A stretch of 64,000 nt of DNA, taken from Kiritimatiellia bacterium (GTDB lineage: Bacteria; Verrucomicrobiota; Kiritimatiellia; CAIVKH01). The stretch lies in the NCBI GenBank assembly GCA_027493775.1, contig JAOSKE010000003.1, positions 76,350 through 140,349 of the forward strand, given 5' to 3'. The notes below the pieces were generated by a model. The model saw only the letters and a program-made list of their open reading frames with translations, was not told the DNA's origin and ran no database searches. The position numbers were made by a program, and so were the translations under genes. Each line of letters starts with the position of its first letter. Position 1 is the stretch's first letter. Shown in pieces: positions 9,986 to 23,980 of the stretch.

Positions 9986-10873
9986 TCAATTCACCGGCAG
10001 CGGCACAAAGCGCCATGCATCGGCTTCCGTGAAATCGGTGGCGGTGAAACACCAGATCAAAAACCTTTTGCCTTTGATGTAGCCCGGCGAGGCGTTCATC
10101 AAGCGGATCAATTCAATGCGCGAGCTGGTCGCGGCAAAGCCCGCAGCTTTTTCGGCGTCTATCGGTTGCCCCAGCAAGAACGCCAGTTGCTCTGGCAAAC
10201 CCGCGCCCTGTTCGCGCCGCTCAACAGTGCGATCGCCTAGCAACAACACCGAACGTTCACGCGAGGTCCCCAACGGCGGTGGAGATTCGGATAAAGACCC
10301 GGCGCCATGTTTCACAAGCCAATCGCTGATTTGCGCAGCGGCGCGTTTGGTGCCGATCCCCGACAAGCGAGGTTCTTCTTGCTCATACAACCTTCCTTCA
10401 GCCAACGCGGCAAGGGCCAGGAAATCCTCCGTCAAATCAAGAACCTGAACGCCGCGTTGGCGCAATTCAGCGTAGAAAGTTCGCAATCGCCCCAATGCGC
10501 CCCGCGTGTCTTCACGCGTACAGCCCAAGGGCAGCGGATAAATCAACGCTTTCGGCGGGATCGGCACAATGAGAAGCTGAACATCCAAATCGGCGAGTTG
10601 CCGATTAAAATCATCAATCGGTTCCAACGGGTCGCGATGGGCCGGATTCCGCGCTGCGCCAGTGTCCAACGCCGCTTCGCCCCAGAACACGCCCTTCGTC
10701 AGAAAACGCAGTTCTTCAATTGGATACGACCAGCCATTCTCGCCTGAAACGACGCGAGTTTTCCCGGCGCTTTGGCACACCGCAGCAAAGCAGTTGGACT
10801 CGTCCGCCCAAGCCAACGGGCCGACCAAACATGAGAAGAACAGGGCAAGAAAAAGAGAAGACAGCGCGGTCAT
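9986..10873 (-). CDS. Exported protein, AlgX/AlgJ-like (putative polysaccharide O-acetyltransferase family)
   Basis: Signal peptide MTALSSLFLALFFSCLVGPLAWA, followed by an SGENGWSYP motif resembling the G-x-D/N-G-W motif of AlgJ/AlgX. The start was set at the internal Met at 10873. Confidence 0.35.
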   Translation of the reverse strand: MTALSSLFLALFFSCLVGPLAWADESNCFAAVCQSAGKTRVVSGENGWSYPIEELRFLTKGVFWGEAALDTGAARNPAHRDPLEPIDDFNRQLADLDVQLLIVPIPPKALIYPLPLGCTREDTRGALGRLRTFYAELRQRGVQVLDLTEDFLALAALAEGRLYEQEEPRLSGIGTKRAAAQISDWLVKHGAGSLSESPPPLGTSRERSVLLLGDRTVERREQGAGLPEQLAFLLGQPIDAEKAAGFAATSSRIELIRLMNASPGYIKGKRFLIWCFTATDFTEADAWRFVPLPVN

Positions 10874-10955
10874 TTCGTTACTATCCGCCAAACCAGCGTT
10901 TGCTGACAAGAGCGCTTTGCCTTCACAAAATATCGCCTGTCCATTTTTAACCCCT

Positions 10956-10961
10956 ATAATC
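10956..10961 (+). promoter_or_regulatory. TATAAT hexamer 10 nt upstream of the GT4 start codon (candidate -10 element)
   Basis: Exact TATAAT in the divergent intergenic region 10874-10970. No convincing -35 element. Confidence 0.2.
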
Positions 10962-10970
10962 CGCGCACTG

Positions 10971-12189
10971 ATGAGTGAGACCGCCAACAATCCGGAACCG
11001 GGCATCTGCCTGCTTGCCGATACATTCTATCCGCGTATCGGTGGGGGCGAAACGCACGCGCGTCTGCTGGCGCGCGAGTTGAAATCGCTCGGCTCGCCTG
11101 TTTTTGTGCTCACGCGGAAACACGAACGAGACTTGAAAGCGATTGATAGCGTGGATGGAGTAAAAGTTGTTCGCGTAAAGCCCTCCGGATTTCCACGCTT
11201 CGGAAAATATCTTATGCTCCCAGCCGCGCTCTGGGCGTTGTTCCGCCTGCGACACGACTACGAAGTCATCTACGTCTGCGGATTGCGTGTGCAGGGCATC
11301 GTCGGAATGTTGGCCGGGCGCTGGTTCAACAAACGCGTCGTCCTTCGTTCGGAAGCGTGCGGCGAATGGTCAGGGCAGTTTGTCTATACCGTCCCCGGCA
11401 GCGCATCGCGTAAAATGAACCCGCTGTTGCGCGCTTATTTTGGAGTGCGTAACGGCCTCCTAAAAAGGGCCGACCGCTTCCTCGCCATCTCGCGGGTTAT
11501 CCACGAGGAATTCACAACGGGCGGCATCCCGGAAGCTCAAATTGCGACAATCACCAACGGAATGGACTTCACCCCCTTTATATCCGTATATCCGGACAAA
11601 CGGATGGAGTGGCGCAAAGAGTTTGGATTTGGCGATGCGTTTGTGTTCGCTTATTCGGGAAAATTGAATCGCGGCAAGGGATTGGAAATGCTGCTCCGCG
11701 CGTGGAAGGGCGTTATTGCGCAAAAGCCGAATGTGAAACTGGCGCTGATCGGCGCGGGGGGCGCAGTTCCTTTCCTGTGAACAGGAACTTCGTACGTTTG
11801 TCCAAACAAACAATCTCGCGAGCAGTGTAATCTTCACGGGCTACACGGATCGCGTCGCGGATTATCTGCGCGCGGCCGATGCATTCGTCTTTCCATCCGA
11901 GGCCGAAGCATTAGGGTTGGCGCTGATCGAGGCGATGGCATGCGGTTTGCCATCTCTGGCCTCGGCAAGCAGCGGGATACTGGATATTGTTTCTGACCAA
12001 GAAGACGGGCGTCTGTTGCCCGTAGGTGATGAAAACGCATGGCGAACGGCAATGATCGAATTGATGGAGAACCCGGAAACGGCGGCGCACTGGGCAAAAG
12101 CGGGCGCGGAGTCGGTCCGGAAGAAATTCGCGATTCGGGAAATCGCACTCCAGCACCAACAGCTCTTCCGATTAATCCTGACGAAATAG
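10971..12189 (+). CDS. GT4-family glycosyltransferase, apparently frameshifted at a G6 run (11756-11761)
   Basis: The N-terminal part (MSETANNPEPGICLLADTFYPRIGGGETHAR...) runs in one frame to 11780. The C-terminal part (EQELRTFVQ...FPSEAEALGLALIEAMACGLP..., the GT1/GT4 EX7E region) continues in the +1 frame to 12189. The two frames join across the poly-G run. Confidence 0.7.
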
Positions 12190-13690
12190 AATTCGACCCG
12201 CAGCCGCCGTCCCGCTCAAAGATCGCAAAAAATACAGTCTGGAATCTCGTCGGAATGTGCGCACCCATGGCGGTGGCGCTCTTTGCGATTCCTCTCTTAA
12301 TCAAGGGACTCGGCACGGAGCGCTTCGGACTCCTCTCCCTGGTCTGGATGCTCGTCGGCTATTTCGGCGTATTCGATCTCGGTCTCGGGCAGGCGCTGAC
12401 CAAATTCATCGCGGAAAAAAATTCGGCGCGACGGCGATGACGGTGTCGCCGCCTCGTTTTGGACCGCCATGACGCTGATGCTCGCGCTCGGAATCTTTGG
12501 CGGGATCATTGTTTATCTCATCGCACCCTGGCTAACCCACAGCGCGTTAAAAATCGCACCGGAATTCCAAGCGGAAACACTCAATGCGTTTCGCGCCGTC
12601 GCATGGGGACTTCCCGTCCTCGTCACGGTCACCGGTCTGATCGGCACACTCGAAGCGTGTCACCGCTTCCCGCTCATCAACATCATACGAATCCCCACCG
12701 GCGCGTTCACCTTTGTCGGCCCTCTGCTCGTGCTCCCGTTCAGCCAAAGCCTGTATCCCGTTGTCCTCGTCCTCCTCGGCGGGCGCGTCGTCGAGTGGCT
12801 TCTATTTTTTGTTTCCTGCCTGCGCGTTGTCCCGGGATTGCGCACGGGGTTTCGATTCAACTCCAAAGAGGCCCCGCACCTCCTCGGTTTTGGCGGTTGG
12901 ATGACGATTACAAACATCGTTCAACCGCTGATGATCCACATTGACCGTTTTCTGATCGGCGCACTACGCGCAGTGAGCGAAGTGGCGTTCTACGTCACAC
13001 CGGCAGAAATCGTCATAAAAATGCTAATCTTGCCCCGCGCGTGGGTCTCCGTGCTTTTCCCAACATTTGCCGCAGAATTTCGTGATCGGCCGGAAGCCAC
13101 CGGCCAACTATTCGCGCAGAGCGTACGGCTTCTGCTCGTGTTGCTTTTTCCGATTGTTCTACTCCTTGTCACCTTTGCGCCGGAAGGACTCACCCTCTGG
13201 CTCGGCCCGGAATTTGGAATCCGCAGCGCTCCGGTCATGCGACTTTTGACGGCGGGCGTATTCCTCTATTCCCTCTCGTTTGTCCCCACCTCGCTACTTC
13301 AAAGCACAGGTCGCCCCGATCTGACCGCAAAGCTACACGCGGTTGAACTCCCCATTTACCTCGCCGTCGCCGCACTGCTTATAAAAAACCTACGGCATCA
13401 CCGGCGCAGCAGGCGCGTGGGTGCTCCGCGCGGCGCTCGATCTCACCGGAACCGCATGGATGGCCGCTCGACGCGCACCCGGCAGCGGGCCTTCTTTACG
13501 CCGTATCGCCCTCGCCGCATTCTTTGCGCTCGTTTTGATGGCCATCGCAGGAAGTCTCACCCAGCTCAGGCCCAAAATTGCAGTCGCAATTTTCCTCCTT
13601 ATTTTCGCCCTTGCCGTCTTCTGGCTCTGGCTCCTCACCCCCGAAGACCGCCGAATCATTCAAAAACGACTCCCCACCCGCTTCAAATAG
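12190..13690 (+). CDS. Wzx-like polysaccharide/O-unit flippase (MOP superfamily), read through two apparent frameshifts
   Basis: Three consecutive frame segments (…SKIAKNTVWNLVG…; MTLMLALGIFGG…LIKN; YGITGAAGAWVLRAALDLTG…) together make a 12-TM Wzx-like protein. The breaks are at an A7 run (12415-12421) and an A6 run (13383-13388). The exact start codon is unresolved. Confidence 0.55.
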
Positions 13691-13741
13691 CATCGCGCCC
13701 GTCCGCGCTCGACGCTTGCGGCCTCGAAGAAACCCCGTCAC

Positions 13742-14615
13742 TCACGCAACCACGTTGCGATACTCCGCAATCAAGCGCCTGCGCAAAGGCTGGGCTTCCT
13801 CTGAAAATGCACGCTGGTGGGCGATGTATTCTTCGCGACCAGATTCGGTTTCGATGCGAACAGGATCGTAGCCAAGTGACCGGAGATCATAGGGACTGGC
13901 ACGCATGTCGAGTTCGCGTATGCGGCAGGAAAGCAGGAAGGTATCGGCAACCAGTTCGGATGAAATCCACGGCCAGAGTTTCGCGGCCCATTTATAGAGG
14001 TCCATATTGGCGTGAAGGCAGCCGCGCTGCTCCATATTCAACATCTTTTTCGCGACTGGGTTGAAGCGTGTTCAGTGTCCGCGCGGCAGGGGTAAAAAAT
14101 CGGAACGCGCCAAAGTGCGAACACATTACGTGCTGCGTCTCAAGAAATGCCGCAATCTCATCCGGCGGCAATCGCAATGGCGTTGCATGGTGGCGGCGCT
14201 CCGTCTCACGATAGACCATCGCCCACTCGTGCAAACCGTAGCAACCGAAACGGGCCGGGCGTTCAGCGGTGACCAATAGTAGCGACAAAATCCACTTCGC
14301 GCCCGCGCGGCGTTTATCAGATAGGGCCAGCGGCTCAAGGCCCACTCCACCCTCGCGCTCGATGTAATGTTCAAAGTGAAGGAACTCTTTGGCCCCATCT
14401 CCATCCAGAACAACATCCGCGCCCGGGCCCCAGCGCAACAGCCACGAAGGGCGGAACCCATAGTATTGGAAAAGAAAATCGTGAACTGGATGCTTTTCGG
14501 CGCGCGATTGACGATCAAGGTGCGCCGATACAATCGGCTCCAATCGCTCGCGGTGTCGCTTCTGCCTCTGCCGCCACTCGCCCTCCGACAGATGTTCATG
14601 CGTCAGCGCGTTCAT
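13742..14615 (-). CDS. Conserved hypothetical protein, apparently split at an A5/T5 run near 14043
   Basis: The 207-aa and 100-aa ORFs overlap at 13992-14044. Removing one base from the homopolymer restores a single ~290-aa reading frame. I could not assign a family. Confidence 0.4.
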
Positions 14616-14684
14616 ATCGTTCGTTCCATTGTGCGGACTATAGCGTCATCCCGCCCTTCGTTCCATCACGTGTGTTCCGGCCAT

Positions 14685-14722
14685 AAAAAAGCGCTGGCCA
14701 TTTGGCCAGCGCTTTCTTTTTC
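14685..14722. terminator. Rho-independent terminator downstream of rpsA (bidirectional shape)
   Basis: AAAAAA-GCGCTGGCC-atttg-GGCCAGCGC-TTTCTTTTT. Read on the minus strand the hairpin is followed by a T6 tract. Confidence 0.7.
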
Positions 14723-14737
14723 AGAGTGACTCTGAGA

Positions 14738-16520
14738 TTAGCTCTCTTCGCCCTGCTTCTTCTGACCAGGGTGCCATTCTTCCGTTTTGGAAGTGCTGCC
14801 ACCGAAGGCTTCGTCGAAAGCGCCAGCGAGATCCACGAGGTCTTCGCCGGGGCGGAGGCCTTCGAGCATGGAATCGTCCACGACGAACTGATCGTCCGGG
14901 AGCTTGGCGGCCTTGATGCTCAAGCCGATCCGACGTTCGACCGGGTCAATCTTGATCACGCGGGCTTCCACTTCCTGACCGGGCTGCAAGGCGTCTTTGA
15001 CCTTCTGCACACGCTCTTCGCTGATCTGGCTGATGTGAACAAGGCCATCAATTCCGTCTTCAATTTCGATGAAGGCACCAAAGGAGGCCAACTTGGAGAC
15101 CTTGCCCTTGACCAACTGACCGACCTTATACTGCTGCGTGATGCTCGCCCATGGATCCGTCTGCGCCTGCTTGAGGCCGAGGCTGATCCGCTGGTTCGCG
15201 GCATCCACTTCGAGAACGACCGCTTCAACCTCATCGCCCTTCTTCAGAAGTTCGGACGGATGATTAATCTTGCGGGTCCAAGACATGTCGGAGACGTGAA
15301 TCATTCCGTCAATACCCGGCTCCAGCTCAACGAACGCCCCATAGGACGTAAAGTTGCGCACAGCGCCCTTGATCCGTGCGCCGATCGCATAGTGTTCCTG
15401 AGCATTGCTCCACGGATTGGCGCCCGTCTGGCGAATGCCGAGTGAAATTTTCTGCTCGTCGCGATTGACGTTCAGAATCACGGCTTCGACTTCCTGGCCC
15501 AGCTCCAGAACGTCCGCCGCCTTCGCGACGCGCTTCGTCCAGGAGATTTCGGAGACGTGAACCATGCCTTCGATGCCCTCTTCGATTTCGATGAAGGCGC
15601 CATAAGGCACGAGGTTGACCACTTTGCCACTGACGCGGGTGCCGACCGGATATTTCCGTTCAATGTCTTCCCACGGATTGCGGGCAATCTGTTTGAGACC
15701 GAGAGAAATACGATCCTTTTCACGATCCACATCGAGAATCATCACGTCGGGCTCTTGGCCGACTTTGACGACTTCGGACGGGCGGGTGACACGGCCCCAG
15801 CTCATATCGGTGATATGCAGCAAGCCGTCCATTCCGTTGAGGTCCACAAACGCCCCGAAGTCGGTGATGTTCTTGACGACACCGTGGCGAATCTGGCCGA
15901 TTTGAATTTCGCCCATGAGCGACTTTTTTCTGCTCACGACGGCGGTCTTCCAACAGCTCACGTCGTGATACAACGATGTTGCGGCGATCACGGTTGATCT
16001 TGATGATCTTAAATTCGAGTTCGCGGTTGTAGTACTCTTCCGGACTACGAACCGGCACGACGTCCAACTGCGAGCCGGGCAGGAACGCATCCACACCGAC
16101 ATCCACAATCAATCCGCCTTTTACGCGCCCCTTGACTTCGCCCTTGATGGTTCCGCCTTCGACGTAGTTGGCGAGGACGCGATCCCAGTTGCGCTGCTGT
16201 TCTGCGCGGCGTTTGCTGACCATGACCATTCCCTGGTCATCTTCAAGCTTCTCCAGCAAAACTTCGATTTGGTCGCCGGGTTTGACTTCATCCGGCGTCT
16301 TGAATTCCGAGATGGGCAGAAGGCCCTCGGATTTATAGCCGATGTCCACGAGGACTTCGTTTGGGCGGACGTCGAGCACGCGCCCGGTTACAATTGCGCC
16401 TTCGCTAAAGCTGCGAAGGGTTTCTTCGTACAACGCCGCCATTTCGGATGGCGCGTCGGTTGGTTGTTTGGTTTTCTTGGCCACTTTGTTCATTCTCCAG
16501 TTTAACTCCGCATCTTCCAC
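14738..16520 (-). CDS. rpsA: 30S ribosomal protein S1, read through an apparent +1 frameshift at a T6/A6 run (15923-15928)
   Basis: Multiple S1 domains are present (…GAFVDLNGMDGLLHITDMSW…, repeated GAFIEIE…GMVHVSE motifs). The N-terminal 266-aa ORF and the C-terminal 456-aa ORF overlap, and the frames join at the homopolymer. Confidence 0.85.
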
Positions 16521-16620
16521 ACGGACGGATGCGCCGGCTCTCGGCTCGCAACAGGCGAACCGAACGACGGAAAGGCGCGCAATGTATCAGGCGGGAAGGC
16601 CTGAACAAGCACGAAAGATA

Positions 16621-16656
16621 AAAAAAGAGGCCGTCCCGTGGGAACGGGACGGCCTC
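16621..16656 (-). terminator. Rho-independent terminator of the rRNA operon, just downstream of 5S
   Basis: GAGGCCGTCCCG-tgggaa-CGGGACGGCCTC stem-loop, followed by T6 on the minus strand. Confidence 0.75.
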
Positions 16657-16664
16657 AAAATTAA

Positions 16665-16779
16665 ACCCGGCAACGTGCTACTCTCCCGAGATCTACATCT
16701 CAGTACCATCGCCGCAGAGGGTCTTAACGGTCGTGTTCGGAATGGGAACGGGTGTTTCCCCCTCGCTATGGTCACCGGG
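16665..16779 (-). rRNA. rrf: 5S ribosomal RNA
   Basis: The minus-strand sequence CCCGGTGACCATAGCGAGGGGGAAACACCCGTTCCCATTCCGAACACG...GGGAGAGTAGCACGTTGCCGGGT matches the 5S consensus. Confidence 0.85.
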
Positions 16780-16857
16780 AAAATGATCTTCCGCCAGAGG
16801 CGGAAAAAATCATTGCATAGGATGGTTTCATAGCGTTCATCGAAGAAGGAAATAATG

Positions 16858-19818
<2,961 letters not shown>

Positions 19819-19984
19819 AAAAATTATTTGGTCGCCATCCGCGCCTTTTCAGGCACGAACGGTTACAATTCTTCTTCGATGAAAATTGTTATGTCTCCAT
19901 CCTATGCAATTGTCAAAGAACCACCCTCCAGTCGGCGACCTGCGCCTCCCTTCGGGAAAATGGTTTCAAAGTGAAGCGCCCAAC

Positions 19985-20061
19985 TGGTGGGCGTGCCTGG
20001 ATTCGAACCAGGGACCTCGTCCTTATCAGGGACGCGCTCTAACCAACTGAGCTACACGCCC
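19985..20061 (-). tRNA. tRNA-Ile(GAU): tRNA-Ile (anticodon GAU) in the 16S-23S spacer
   Basis: The minus strand reads GGGCGTGTAGCTCAGTTGGTTAGAGCGCGTCCCTGATAAGGACGAGGTCCCTGGTTCGAATCCAGGCACGCCCACCA. The anticodon loop is CTGATAA. Confidence 0.9.
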
Positions 20062-20097
20062 ATCTGAGTGCGAAAAACAAACTGTTTTATCACTCGC

Positions 20098-20173
<76 letters not shown>

Positions 20174-20418
20174 CGTGACCGTGGTCGGGGGGACCCTCGG
20201 TTGGTACCCGGCTCAACACTTCACTTTGTTTGAAATACCTGCTCTAAAACTTCGGCGCAGAAATGGTGCGGTTTGTGCGGTCATACGGTGGTCTCGCGTT
20301 GCCGCGAAACCGGCATCCGAACACGCTTTCGCGTATCCGGATGAATATCCTATCTTCAGAAAACACGGCGCTCATTCGCGGATTGCTCCGCTCATAAATC
20401 AACCGGTTTCGTCAGATG

Positions 20419-21992
<1,574 letters not shown>

Positions 21993-22109
21993 TTGAGAAT
22001 CAACACCCTCGCGGATGCTGACCCGTTAATTCTGACCGGTTGTCCTCCGACAACCTGATCTTGTAAAAAAAACGACGTATAACCTCACACAAACCACACC
22101 ACTTCTAAA

Positions 22110-22141
22110 CCGAAGTAGTATAGCAAGTATTCCATTGTCAA
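22110..22141 (-). promoter_or_regulatory. Candidate rRNA promoter: TTGACA, then an extended -10 (TGcTATACT) on the minus strand
   Basis: On the minus strand: TTGACA-atggaatact-TGcTATACT, about 120 nt upstream of the 16S 5' end. The spacing to the -35 hexamer is short (13 nt), so the extended -10 is the main support. Confidence 0.3.
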
Positions 22142-22295
22142 AGAGCAATTCAACGGCACAAAAAAAGCCCTACGCCCTCTCCTACAAAGATCGAAGCGGG
22201 CGACAAAGCTCTTCCCGTTGATATAGACTCAAGCGCCTTCTCAGCTCTGAATCTGTAAAGAAGCTATAGGATGCCTACTGGGATGTCAACGCATT

Positions 22296-22335
22296 TTGGA
22301 AAAATTTTTCAAAAAATTTTATATATCCCAAATGC
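22296..22335. promoter_or_regulatory. AT-rich palindromic tract (AAAAATTTTTCAAAAAATTTTATATAT) in the divergent rRNA-operon/pyrF region; candidate UP-element or bending site
   Basis: This is the only strongly AT-rich stretch in an otherwise ~62% GC window. It lies between the divergently transcribed rRNA operon and pyrF. Confidence 0.25.
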
Positions 22336-22432
22336 CTGCACAATTAGCTGACCTACAGTGAGTTATACAATGCCTCCCAGCGAAAAGCAAGGGCTTGAAC
22401 CAACTTTTCCCCTATGGCACGCTAAAAAAGTT

Positions 22433-23158
22433 ATGACTAATTCCACCACGGCACCACAACTTATCGTCGCGCTCGATGTCCCATCAAAAATTGCATTATC
22501 TGAAGCGTTAAAGTCGCTTCCGCCCAATATCCATTGGGTCAAAGTGGGCCTCGAACTCTTTTGCGCGGAGGGCCCAAAGGCGCTCAAACCGCTGCACGAA
22601 CGAAATATGTCCATCTTTCTCGACCTCAAACTGCACGATATTCCACGCACCGTGGAACGCGGTGTCGCCGCAGCCGCGCAACACAACGTGCAGTTAATCA
22701 CTATCCACGCAACGGGTGGACGCGCCATGATTGAAGCCGCCGCAGCGGCCGCGCGCAAATTCGGACATCAACGTCCGAATATACTCGCAGTGACCGCGCT
22801 GACGAGCCTGCAACAATCAGACCTCACCGATATCGGCGTCGCGCGTGCGATGAAAGAACATGTGCGCGCACTCGCAAAACTCGCAGTGGATGCAGGGGCG
22901 GATGGACTCGTCTGCTCACCGCACGAAGTGGCCATGCTGCGAGAGGAACTCGGCCCCGCCCCGCTCCTCGTCACACCCGGCATTCGCGCGGCGGGCGAAG
23001 AGAAGGGCGATCAAAAACGAACGCTCTCTGCAGAAGAAGCCGTGCGCGCCGGCGCGACACACCTTGTTGTGGGCCGGCCAATTCTCGAAGCAAAAGACCC
23101 TGCACAGGCGGCGACGCGATTGCTCCTAGAGATCCAAAATGCGACAAAACACCGATGA
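22433..23158 (+). CDS. pyrF: Orotidine-5'-phosphate decarboxylase
   Basis: Sequence LIVALDVPS...LDLKLHDIPRTV...GADGLVCSP...VVGRPI matches PyrF. The start was chosen at the Met giving a PyrF-typical N-terminus. Confidence 0.85.
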   Translation: MTNSTTAPQLIVALDVPSKIALSEALKSLPPNIHWVKVGLELFCAEGPKALKPLHERNMSIFLDLKLHDIPRTVERGVAAAAQHNVQLITIHATGGRAMIEAAAAAARKFGHQRPNILAVTALTSLQQSDLTDIGVARAMKEHVRALAKLAVDAGADGLVCSPHEVAMLREELGPAPLLVTPGIRAAGEEKGDQKRTLSAEEAVRAGATHLVVGRPILEAKDPAQAATRLLLEIQNATKHR

Positions 23159-23811
23159 TTAATTCCAACGACGAAGAAATCCGACACCTAGTCTGGGATT
23201 GGAACGGAACGCTGCTCGACGATCTTGATCTGAGCATCTCGATCATTAACGAGCTGCTTGCCGAGCATCAATTGCCGACAGTAGATAAGGCGCAGTATCT
23301 CGAAGTATTTGATTTCCCTGTCATTGATTACTATCGGCGACTCGGGTTCGATTTTGATCGCGTTTCCTTCGAAGTCGTCGGTGCAGAGTTTATTCGTCGC
23401 TATGAATTGCGCCGAACAGAGGCGCCATTGCATCAGTCCGTACAAAGCACATTGCAAACACTTTTCGATCGGGGATTTTCACAGTCCATCCTCTCTGCCT
23501 ACCGCCAGGATTCGCTTGAATCATTCCTCGCGCACTTCGGAATTCGCGACTATTTCGACGATATCATCGGAAGCGATAACGTCTATGCCCACGGCAAGAT
23601 CGAGCAGGGCCGCGCGTGGATGCGAGAGCGCGGTGCCGATCCTGAAACCACCCTGCTCATCGGCGACACACGGCACGATTTGGAAGTCGCAAACGCGATG
23701 AACTGCCACTGTCTCCTCATCGCCAACGGCCACCACCCCCGCCACCGCCTCACCTCACTCGGCGTCCCCGTAGTCAACACCCTCCCCGAAGCCCTTGCAT
23801 GGATCACCTGA
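23155..23811 (+). CDS. HAD-superfamily hydrolase (phosphoglycolate-phosphatase-like)
   Basis: HAD motif I WDWNGTLLDD is present. The gene overlaps the pyrF stop (ATGA). Confidence 0.7.
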   Translation: MINSNDEEIRHLVWDWNGTLLDDLDLSISIINELLAEHQLPTVDKAQYLEVFDFPVIDYYRRLGFDFDRVSFEVVGAEFIRRYELRRTEAPLHQSVQSTLQTLFDRGFSQSILSAYRQDSLESFLAHFGIRDYFDDIIGSDNVYAHGKIEQGRAWMRERGADPETTLLIGDTRHDLEVANAMNCHCLLIANGHHPRHRLTSLGVPVVNTLPEALAWIT

Positions 23812-23980
23812 TCGGCAACAACCAGCCCACTGCTTCGGCGTTCGTTTCATCTTCATTGCAAAGGTTGCGGTTCACTCGGCTGGTGCGCCCTATCACTGTC
23901 AGCACAATCGCGAAGAAGTGCGAGCAGGGTCTTTGCGCCATGCGCTCTGCGCTATGCCCTATACATTCTGCGCGTCCGCG

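Noticed and set aside
12039-12189. 5' portion of ORF 12039-12440 as a Wzx N-terminal extension
   Set aside because: It overlaps the conserved GT4 C-terminus in another frame for 150 nt. The Wzx N-terminus more likely begins just after the GT4 stop, with the start codon obscured.
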